Shown: positions 19,065-29,800 of the stretch, one piece after another
Position numbering within the stretch: the stretch's first letter is position 1
Layout: the number at the start of each line of letters is the position of its first letter
Origin: an uncultured Planctomycetia bacterium
GTDB lineage: Bacteria > Omnitrophota > Gorgyraeia > 2-02-FULL-51-18
Assembly: GCA_964497635.1 (NCBI GenBank)
Contig: CAZCDB010000003.1
Location: 2,582-45,519 of the forward strand
Length of the DNA stretch: 42,938 nucleotides
Direction of reading: 5' to 3'
Position numbers and translations under genes: made by a program
The notes under the pieces: generated by a model
Told to the model about the DNA's origin: nothing
The model's database searches: none
The model's input: the letters and a program-made list of their open reading frames with translations, nothing else

Positions 19065-19074
19065 AAGGTGGATG

Positions 19075-19103
19075 TTGAAATGAGTTTGGCAATTTCGTAT
19101 CAT
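19075..19103 (+). promoter_or_regulatory. sigma70-type promoter, probable leaderless
   Basis: TTGAAA-N17-TATCAT ending 7 nt before ATG 19111. Confidence 0.6.
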
Positions 19104-19110
19104 TGAAGCC

Positions 19111-20769
19111 ATGCCAAACAGAAGCTTAAAAGTTTTTTTTGTTTTTTCATTAATTTTATTCATTTTTTCTTGTGTGTCCTCCGAGGCTTACGAGTATTCC
19201 AGATCCAAAAGATACCTTAATCAGAAACGTTATCAGCTTTTTTCATCGTATGCGGCGGTGATGGGGGATATTGGGCAGGTCATTCCCGGCCATAGCGAAG
19301 CGAAGCGTTTTGAAAGAAACATGCGGCTTTACGAGAGAAAATTTTCAAGAATTTTGACGCGACGGATGCAGTCTCCCCCTAAAAATGTGGCCTGGGCAGC
19401 TCCCTCCTTAAAAATTGATAAAAATCAGACGGAAGCCATCCGAAATTTTCTAATCCACAATGTTTCGGGTACACGCATGCCTCTCTCATTCTACGCGACC
19501 AGAGATTATTGGAAAAACTTGAATGAAAGTGTCAGTTTGGTGGAGACGGTTTTGGAGCGGACTCTGGTAACCAACAGTCTCAATATCTACGATGGGGCTG
19601 TCTGGCAAATTGCTCTTGCGGCTTACCCATCCGCTCAAAGTTTAGCTCTGGTTGATCTTCATACAGAGCGGCTTGCCAGTGGAAAAGCGGGAGATATTTA
19701 TGATCTCAAGGCTTACGGCCCCTCTTTTCGCTATGGAGACAGTGAAATGATGATGGACCGTGATGGAAGTTATTTTTTCCGTATGATCTCTGATCAATAT
19801 CTTCAAGAAGATCCCTTAGGTAAGAATGAAGTCCACGGGTTTCCCAATAACGACCGAGTGCATCACGAAGATTGGAAGCCAATTACCGGCGAGCAGGCCT
19901 GGGCGGCAATCATCGGGCCTTTGCAGGTGGCTTATTTGAAATATGGTGATGAGATTCCGATGGATTGTCCAGAAATGAACCTGGCTTTATCTTCGATTGA
20001 AGCCTTGGGTTTGATGCAAGGTCCTCTAGGGGCTTTGTATCACGCGCCAAGAGGGACTTTTGGCGTGCATCCAGGACTTATTTCGACGGAAAATAATTTC
20101 TCGGTTTACGCCGCACTAAAGATGCTAAAACCTATTCTAGAAAAAAATAATTTGCCGGAAGCCGAGGTGGTTTCAAAAATACTTGAAGGCCTCGAGAAGT
20201 TTTTTATTCATCATGCTTATGACAAAAAAAGTCATGCGTTTCTTGCGGCCGGATTTTATGTCGAGGGCCGCTGGGTTCCTTCTCGTCTTTTTGCTTCGGA
20301 TTGCCAAACTTGGGCGATCTTGGCTCTGGGACCGGATTGGATTGATACCCATTTAGGGGCAGGGGAAGCTTACCGAATGTGGCAGACCTTGATCCGTCTT
20401 TCTGGTCGGCGTGACAAGAATGGGTTTTTGGAAGGAATCGGATTTACTTCGGATCAGGCGGTGACTAGCGTCGAGTGGACTTGCGGTGCGATTTTGGCGG
20501 GACGCCTCTTAGAACGTTTTTATCAAAAATCTCATCCGGATTGGGCGGCTTCTGTTCATGAGGAGATCACCCAGATGAGGGCGGGGATTGAAAAATACAA
20601 AGAAGTTTTGCCCAAAAATAAAGGGTTGGCTTATTGGTATTCCAGTGATCGTTATTTTATCCCTTTTGGTTGGTGGGCCAATCCCATCCCGAGTCTTTGT
20701 GCCTCCTCTTGGGTTATTTTGGTGGATGTGGATTTTAATCCCTTCATTCTTGGGGGTGGTTCTAGGTAA
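19111..20769 (+). CDS. Secreted protein, paralog 2; possible (alpha/alpha)6 glycosidase-like fold
   Basis: Signal-like N-terminus (VFFVFSLILFIFSCVSSEA); motifs shared with 16989-19064. Confidence 0.8.
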   Translation: MPNRSLKVFFVFSLILFIFSCVSSEAYEYSRSKRYLNQKRYQLFSSYAAVMGDIGQVIPGHSEAKRFERNMRLYERKFSRILTRRMQSPPKNVAWAAPSLKIDKNQTEAIRNFLIHNVSGTRMPLSFYATRDYWKNLNESVSLVETVLERTLVTNSLNIYDGAVWQIALAAYPSAQSLALVDLHTERLASGKAGDIYDLKAYGPSFRYGDSEMMMDRDGSYFFRMISDQYLQEDPLGKNEVHGFPNNDRVHHEDWKPITGEQAWAAIIGPLQVAYLKYGDEIPMDCPEMNLALSSIEALGLMQGPLGALYHAPRGTFGVHPGLISTENNFSVYAALKMLKPILEKNNLPEAEVVSKILEGLEKFFIHHAYDKKSHAFLAAGFYVEGRWVPSRLFASDCQTWAILALGPDWIDTHLGAGEAYRMWQTLIRLSGRRDKNGFLEGIGFTSDQAVTSVEWTCGAILAGRLLERFYQKSHPDWAASVHEEITQMRAGIEKYKEVLPKNKGLAYWYSSDRYFIPFGWWANPIPSLCASSWVILVDVDFNPFILGGGSR

Positions 20770-20790
20770 TTTGTTAGTAGTATCAATTAT

Positions 20791-20819
20791 TTGAATATTG
20801 ACCCTTTGTCAGGCATAAT
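20791..20819 (+). promoter_or_regulatory. sigma70-type promoter for the giant gene
   Basis: TTGAAT-N17-CATAAT; GGAG at 20878-20881 precedes TTG 20887. Confidence 0.5.
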
Positions 20820-20886
20820 TTCCCAAACGGATAGACCCTTCGGCTACTCGACTGCTCACTTTGTTTAAACTTTAAACGGAGAGACT

Positions 20887-23800
20887 TTGTTCAATTTTTT
20901 CAGTCTTATTGTTAGATATACTCCAAGTAAGAGATTTTATCTCAAGCTGATCTCTTTGGGATTGGTATTTACTTTTCTAGGCCAAGAGCTCCTCATGGCG
21001 GCCCCGGATGGGTTTGGTGTGCGTCTTGCGGCTCCTTTTGACAATTTTCAATTACCCGATTCCGTAGCCCTTATTCGTGAAAAATTTTCTGCGCCCGGTG
21101 CGGATCGGTCCATCGTTCTTATCCAAGACGCGCATACCAATGAATCGGCGCAGCTCAATATCGCAAAAGCCATCGATCATATTTTAGTCAAAGAGCAGAA
21201 AATAAAGCATGTATTTTTGGAGGCGGGGACGGGCAATGACTCACTTTCATATCTCAGGCGGTTTTCTTCTATTGAAAAAAGAGAAAAAGTCGCACGGTCG
21301 TTTTTGCGGCGGGGGTTGATTCAGGGGCCGGATTATTTAGATCTGACTTCGGATAAAGCTTTTTCTTTGTGGGGTGTCGAAAATAAAAAACTTTATTGGG
21401 AAGGGTTGGCGCTTTATCGCGACCTCAAGAAAGATAGAGAGCTTCTCGTGGCTGGAGTGGACAGACTCAAACGCGCCAAAAAGACTCTTGCTACGCGTCT
21501 TTGGAGTCCTGCCTTACAGAAAATGGACTCAGGCCGAGAGAGTTTTCTTCGAGGGGAGCTTGGAGCGGCGGATTATTTTGACGCTCTGGTCATGGAAGCT
21601 CGCAAGCTGGGTGTGCCTCTGGAAGTATTTCCGCATTTATCCAAACTTACCGCTCTAAAAAATCAGGAGAAAGAAATCGATTTTAAAAAAGCGTCTTTTG
21701 AAGAAGCAGCACTGGTGGCGTCTTTGCCTGAGTCTGAGCGCACGTCTCTTTTGGCGGTAGCTGCGAAGCTTCGCCAAAAAGATGCTCAAAATCATCGCGA
21801 AGTCCAAGATGCGTTTTATTCTCTTCTCAAGGAAAAAATCAAGAACCCACTTTTTTATGTGCACCTTTCTAAATACATTGAGTATCTCGTAAATTCAAGG
21901 GGTTTTGACGCTGAGGTTGTACTGAAGGAGCGGGAAGATCTTGAAAAAATTGTGTTTGGTCAATTGGCGGGCTCAAGGGACTCGAGGCGTTTGCTTGAGG
22001 CCGCTCGTGCGGTAGAAATTTTGGAGAGACTTTGGCAGCTTGAGATTAGCAAGGAAGATTTTGAGGCCATTCAAAAGAATCCGGGGGCACACAGTTTTCT
22101 AAACCTCGCCGGATTTTTTAATTTGAAACTGATTGAGCTGGGTTCTCACACCGAGGATACGGTACTGTGGGATGAAAAATTTGGCACGGATTATGACAAG
22201 GCGATTAAATTTTATTCGCTAACCCTGGAGCGTGACGAAGCCTTTGTCGAAAACATGCTCAAAAAAATGGACAGAGCAGGCGAGAAAAAAGCGATCCTCG
22301 TCACCGGCGGTTTCCATACGGAGCATTTGAAAGACCTTTTACGCGCTCGCGGCATTTCCTACGCAGTGGTGATCCCCAGAATTTTGCAGGAAACGAATAA
22401 AGAAAAATACGAAAGTCTGCTTTTGGGGCAGATAAAGAAAAACTCATCTAAGATAAAAAATTCAGCCAAAGCGGATGCATGGGCGATCATTCCTCCAGCG
22501 GAAAATAGGCAAATAAGAATCCAGCTTAGTGAGGGGGTTGGGCGGGGATTGGCAGCGGCGCGGTTGGCATCGGCAAAGTTGGGCGGCAAGCACCGAGTAA
22601 GCTATGACGAAACTTTAAAAAAAGATAAGCTTGGAAAAAAATTAAGGGAAATATTCGATAGATCAAGAGTAAAACAAAAGTTTTTTTTAGAACAGATTGA
22701 TCTGGCATTGTCAGTGAAGGGCCATAGTGACGTTAGGATTGGTTCAATTACCTCCCTTCATACTAATTTTTTTGGCGGGATGGCAAGTTATAAGACTTTA
22801 GAACGGGTTGTAAGTGTTGCTGAAAGAATCAACTGGAGCCAGTTGTCAAAGAAAATAGAGGGAAGCGAGCGCCCGGTACGCCGTCCGACTGTAGCAGAAA
22901 GCATTGAAAGTCTTACGGCAGTTCAGAAAAGAGAGTTGATTGAAAAAAGGAAACAAAGTCCGAATGGTCAATTATTGATCAAAGAAGTCGCTCATGTGTT
23001 GGGGGTTACTTCAAGGGCTCTCGGGATCTTTTTTAAAAAAAATCCTTCAGTCCACAAAGCATTTCTTGAGGCGAACCCAATCGCTGCACGGTTGGCACAG
23101 CAGTTCAAGCTGGATATCAATCCCGGGAAATCTTTTTGGTTTCATGACCGAAGATCGGGCAAGGTTTTCCAGGTGCGGCTTGAGTCGATCGATACTATTC
23201 ATCGCCAGATTCAGTTACAGGTGTCGGAAAATGACAAGCCCATCGATGATTGGGGAGGTATTGAAGCTAAAACTTATGAAAGTGAAACTTCTCACAAAAT
23301 ATTTCCCGGGGTCGATGATATTTCAATTGTATTTGGGGATACTCTCACCAATTCACGAGTCGGGTTATTTTTCCCCCATTTCCCGTTTACTGTAAACTTG
23401 CGCCGCAGGAATACCGAAGATCAGCCCGCTTCCATCACTGCTTTTATGGCCGAGACCCGAAGACAGCAGGTTTTGGATGCTTGGGAAAAGTATTTGAAAG
23501 GTGTTGAAGATTATTATCTGTCGGATTCTCCACCAGCCGCTAATGAAGTTTCCACAGCGCTTGAAAAGTGGATCAATAATTCTTTCCGGTCGCCGGACGC
23601 GGCAGTGGAGCCTGATCCGGAAGCGATCGTGTCTTCTATGCGTCAAGCTTTGACAGAGAGGACACGACTCTCAAGGGAAAATATCGACAATGAGATCCAA
23701 GATGCTCGTCTGATCATGATAGAGATAACGAAGCCTATTTCCGAGAAGGAGATAGCTGTCAGTAGTGTCGGGAGATCGGAGGGTAGATTTGAGCTGGTGA

Positions 23801-26800
23801 ATGGAGTTTTGGGTCAACAAAAATTGGCATTAAGAGCGGCGCTGAAAGCTTATTTTGAATCTCGTGGTTTACCCACCGAAGATGCCGATGCCGTGGCCAA
23901 TACGCTGGTCCGGATGACTCCTGATGGGATCAAGCTTTTGATTCGGTGGGGTATTTTGAGTGGCATTCCTGATGAGCAGTCTCTGGAGAATGAGAATTTA
24001 TTTAATAAAATTAAACCACTAATCACTGTTTATGACCAAAAATATCCGGATAAAAAAGAGCTTTTGCTCAAGTATCTGCTTCCCGAGTCAATCCTTGAAT
24101 TGATGGCCCAACACGGTCTTGACCGCGAACGTTTTTTTAGGATTTTAAAGCTTCATCCATCTCCAATTATTGTCCTTCTGCGCCTGATCGATGAACATCC
24201 TCGTGTCGATTTAGGAGTGATCGAGAAGAAAGTAATACAACTTCGCCCCAAAACCCCTATCAGCGAGCAAAATTTATGGCGTATTATCGCTTTGGTGGGC
24301 ACAGAGGAAGCGGCTGCCTGGATTTTGAAAAAAACAAAGGATGTTTCGGCGTTATCTACTTCTATTTCTCTGGATAGAGCGTGGGATAAAGTCATCCGAG
24401 AGGAAGAATTACAAGGTGCGAGGCTAGCAGATGCTTCAACACCGGCTATCTCTCAACTTCATCCGACGATCGGAGACATAGGCCTCTTTGCCGATCGTTT
24501 TCCGATTTTTTCACGTGACAAACATGGGCTCATAAAGTCTGTTCAACGTCTTGCGATGTTACTGCGTAGCTGGATCCGAGAAGCAACAGAATATCTGGAG
24601 CATGGAACGCTTTATTATTACATGATCGAGGGAGTGCCGCACTATAAGGTGACCGGCTTAGGCAGAGACCAAATTGTACAATATTTGCATTACTTTTCTG
24701 GATTAGTGGAAGACTGGGTTAAAAAGGGGATTGTGGACTCGACGGAAGCCTCCATCCTTTCCGTTCAGGTTATGGACCTTTTCTCGTCCTTATTAAAGGG
24801 AAATTTTGATTCCACACAGTCTCATGTTGCAGACGAAGAGGCTAGGGCTGTTATCCGAGTAGCTGAGAACCTCTTGAGGTTTCCTATCAGCAGAATCGGC
24901 TGGGATAAAGAATTCGATAAAACTCCATTTTGGTTAGAAGGACTCTTAAAGGGTTTTCCTGAGAATGCCGCTTTTTATTTAGGCCTCCCAATTTTGCCTG
25001 CACAGGAAAATGCCGAGCGACTATCCAGCGACTATGCTCAATTTGAGGATAGTGACCATCCTGTTTTTATAACCAGCTATGAAAGCCCTGGTGAGCTTAA
25101 GTCACAGAGGATTGTTTATGTGAATCCGGCTTTTCTGAAGATGGTAGGTGGTGAAAAAAAGGATTGGATTGGCAAAAACTATTTTGAAAAAAATCAGAGA
25201 GAACTCGCCGAGAAATACACGCGTGATGACAAGAATGCCATGAACATGGGCCCCGGCCAATTTTTTCATGAAACAGAAACGAATCGAAGTGGGCAGAACC
25301 GGCAGAAACCTGTGACCGTCGAAACAGTCAAGCTCCCGTTTTATAATTATCGAGGCAAGTGGGTGGGTGTGCTTGCGATGTTTGATGTGATCCAAGGAGA
25401 GCAAAGTTCATACGAAATGAATCCCTCCTTACAGAGGACCTTGATAAGGGTACTGCGCCAGCAGCAACAGCTTGGGGTTGGCAGACAGCCAAGGCTGGCG
25501 CGGCTTGGGATTTTGGAGCCGATCAATAAGCCTGCTATTGGGGTCGGAGTTTTGGCTTTCTTGGCTGCTTTGACAGTCTCCTCGCTGATTCCTGCTTTAC
25601 TGATCGGATTTCTCTCAGCTTTAGCCATGGTCGGGATTCAGTCTGCAGTCCTATTAAATGAAGTCAAGGACACCACTTTGGAATTTGTTTTAAGAAATCA
25701 GATACTTTATCAGCGGCAAACTAGGATCGCGAATACGGATATCCAACAGCATTTTGCGGCACGTGTGAAGTCCGCTTTAGATTTCCTTTTGAATCTGACG
25801 CCCCCTACTCTTGAAACTCGTTTACTGGGAAAATTATCAGCACCTTCAATGGGTTGGAAAAATTTCCCAGAATTTCTCTCTGAAAATAGAGCTGCAGTTG
25901 AGCGCGCCGTGGTCCGGCGGGGTTTGAGGCATTTGAAGGCGGCGGCGACAGCCCCGTCGTATGACGGGGCGAGGTTGGCGATGGCCGACAAGCTTAAGAA
26001 TGAACTTTTGGAAGAAGTCTCTGACATCAATCGGACTGAGTATTTTGAGCTCGAGGGGTATCACATTCTTTTGTCATTTGGTAATAAAGGAAAGATCAAC
26101 GGGATTGCTGTTGGGAGGGAAGATCAGGAATCGATCCATGCCATGGAAGAGGATGAGGGCAGGGGCCGTGTTGCTGAAGTCACTTCCTTGGCGGGAGGTG
26201 TGCTCATCACGACCTACACGGATCAGAAAAAAACAGAGGTTGCCGAAAGGTGGCATGTCGGAATGGTAACAATTGAGGGCCAACCACGATACAGAATAGC
26301 CACTATGGAGCTGCAAGGAGAAGCTTTGCTTGCGGGTCGTGGAGTCGCCTTTGACGATTGGCGCGTGGATGAAGAGGGAAATCCGGCGGCGAGGTTGGCG
26401 GCTACTGTCAAAGACATCCCCCTGTCTACCCGAGGTTCTGGGAGGGAGAAACAACTTTTTCTGGAGGCGATGGTTCGTCACTCGGATCGTGTGGTGGTGA
26501 GTGATCCGAAGTCGCTGTATACAGTCTCCAAGTTTGGGGACGAGAAAGCTCCCAAGGATCCAAATAATTCGAAGGATCTCAGCAATTCGGAGCTTGCCAG
26601 TTTTTTAAGAGCCAAGGCCAATTTGGAAGAAATTTTTAAAACCATCCCTGAGCTATTCCCTGAGGCTCAATATCCGGGTTTGAGCGAAGAGATCAGGCAA
26701 TCTATGGCTGTCGTGGCGGTCATGACGGATACTTATCTTCTGGCTCCGATCTCTTTGAGTCCGTCGTACCGGTGGGGTCGTTGGAGAAATAGTCGTTCAA

Positions 26801-29800
26801 GACCTATTCTGTACGCCTCCTTCAAGGATCTATCTTCCATACGTTCACAGCGTGATCGAATAGGCCACCAAACATCCCAAGATATTATTTTGGCGGCTTA
26901 CGCGGTTGTGCATGGATGGTATTGGTACAAAACCTACAAGCAAAACCAAAGTATCCCTGCCGACAAACTTTCTGAATTATTGGCTAATTTCGAGAAGCAA
27001 TGGGATTTAAAAGAAGAGCCCTATCTGAGTTTTCGTTACAAGGCTAAAACCGCATGGCATCTTTTTTGGGACCGGTTTGCCTTGGCGCGCCACCGGAGAG
27101 AGCGCAGAAAAGATTTTGAATTTTACCGGGAGCATTTGAATATTCATGATGAAACGGTCCGCCAGATATTGGTGGATGCCGGGCAGACGGGTCCTGTGAT
27201 TGACCGGACGACAACCGAGAGTGAAGAAACGCGGTCTCATCGCAATGCTTTCACGCCGGTGTTTGAGCGTCTGAGAAATTTTGCAGAGGAGGCCATGGCC
27301 CTGGGAGATTTTGAACAAGCTCTTCTTATCGCCAAAGAAGCCAAGCGTTTTCTGCTTCACATCAATATTGTCGACAGCGGACAGCTGCCGATCGAAGTTT
27401 TTATCCGATACTTGAAGCTGTTGTTTCGCACGGGGCATTATCAGGAATTTTTAAAATCTATCCAAGAGTTCAAAGACGGTTTTATTTCGATCGATGAACA
27501 GCGTATTCAGGTCCCCAGCCAAGAAAAGGGATGGTTTACGAAGCTGTTGCAAATTTTTGAGCCTTGGTTTGAGGGGATCGTGCTGAGAAGTTTACAAATC
27601 ATGAAGGATTCTCCCGATAAACAAAACCTGAATCAGTTTGCTGATTTGGCCAGATGGCATTTAAGGGAAATTAAGTCGGAGGTTCAAAGGCTCGACGCGA
27701 CTGCGGCGCGGTTGGCGGAAGCTCCTGCAATTAGTATGTTTGAGGATTTTCCTGACACTAAGGATTTTGTTTCTCCGATCGAATACGGCAAAAAAGTCAG
27801 CGGGACTTTTATGCCGTTTCACCACATGAGGCACTTGCGGGATTGGGGGATTGGCAATTTTGAGTCGGCGATCAAGATGGCGGGGGTATTCAAAAAATTG
27901 GGCTTAAAGATCATGCAAATATTGCCCTTGATTTGGTCGGATGCTTTTAATTCCCCTTATTCGGAAGCCAGCTCTCGTGCGATTGATTTGCGCTATATCA
28001 GTGTGCCGATGCTGGTGGATCAGCTGACTCAAGAATTTGGCGAGAAAATCGAATTTTCAAAATATAAAGAATTTTTAGCTAAAAATAAAAGTCAGATTGA
28101 AGCGGTTCGCACAGGCGATGTGATCAATCACGAAGAAGTGATCCGCCTCAATAAAGAAGCGCTGGAGGCCATTTGGGAAAATCTAAGCCATTCTCCTGAG
28201 TTTGAGAATAGCAAAACTTTCGAGGCTTTTAAGACATTTAAATCAGAAAATGACGACTGGTTAGAGGATCACATGCTGTATCTTCTTTTGAAAGAAGAGA
28301 ATATGGCCAGAGACCCCTACAACGGCTGGGATTGGAGGACTTGGGTCGACGCCAGTGGCAATGAAGCAGAGTCGCTGAAGATTCGTCAGAGAGACCCGGC
28401 AAAAATTGACGCACTCAAAAAAGATCCCCGATACAGTTCCCGCATCGCATTGTATTCCTATATCCAGTTTGTGGCGTATTCCCAGTACGACAAGTTTGTC
28501 GCCGAAGCCAAGAAGCAGGGTGTGGATGTGGCCGTGGATGTGCCATTTGCGCGGGGAGGAGCGGACATCTGGATGAATCCAGAAATTTTTGGCCTCAGAA
28601 AAGAAAATGGCTACCAGAGGCCGTTCACGCACGGCTCTCTGCCTGAGGAAACGTACAACATTGGCCAATACTGGCAGTTTTTTGCCTATGATTGGAAGCA
28701 ACCAGGAACATTGAAGTACATGCTCAAGCTTTTTGAGCATTACCAGAAAATGGCCCCCTACATCCGCATTGACCACGCGTTGGGGTTTTATATGCCGTAT
28801 TTATTCATGGAGGATGGTAAGGGTGAGTTTACGCTCCAAAAGCTAGGAATTTTTGAGGATGTCTCAAGGATTGTGCAAGCTGCTAAAGCTGAAATCGCCC
28901 GAAATGTTAGCAGGACGGATGAGATAAAAGAGAGAGCCGCCAGAGAAGTCACCACAATTTTTATCCGTGCTCTAAAAAATTCGGAGCAGGTCAAAGCCAA
29001 TCCTCTCGTGGAGCGCCTGGTAAATTTGGCCTATCCCAACGATACAGAAGCGCTGAGCGAATACGCGATGATGTACGTGGCTCGTGAAGCTAAGAAGACA
29101 AATGAAGAATATGAAACTTTAGGGGATCCGTGGGTGCGCGTCAATGATGTGGTGGAGGCCAAAGTTTTTGACGAGGGCGATAAAAGACGGCCGGTTTGGA
29201 ACTATATCCGCCTCACGAAGCATGAATTTGGTAAAAAAGATCCAAATGACCGCAATCCCAACGAGAAAGAAAGACGCGATTATAAGAATGGCATGATCGA
29301 GTATCTTTTTGGCAGCGAGGAGCCAAAACCTGAAGATAATTTACGAGTTGCCTCTTACGACAAGGGTCCGGGTGAAGAATTTTTATCGCCTCTTCTGAAG
29401 CTTGCCAGGCAAAAAGGTACGACGGTTATTTCCGAAGCGCTTGCACGCTTTATACCGGACGGGCTTGAGAAGCCGCATTTAAGCGCCTATGACTATGTTT
29501 GCTCCATGTGGGGCAAAGAAAAAGAGGGTGCTGATAAGAATATCCACAATCCGCGCGCTCACCAGCCTTATGCTTTTAGGACTTACAGCCTGCATGACAC
29601 CAAAGCTTTGCGCGGAGACTGGAAAGAAGCGACAAAAGAGAAAAAGACCCAAATCCTGAATGATCTGGGTATTTCCCCCACGGAGGAGAATTTGTCTGAG
29701 TTGACTCCCCAAGTTCACAAAGCACTTTTGAAACTGAGTTTTGATTCCGATTCTTTGATGGTTGTGATCGGCTGGCTCGACATTTTGGGATACGATGACG

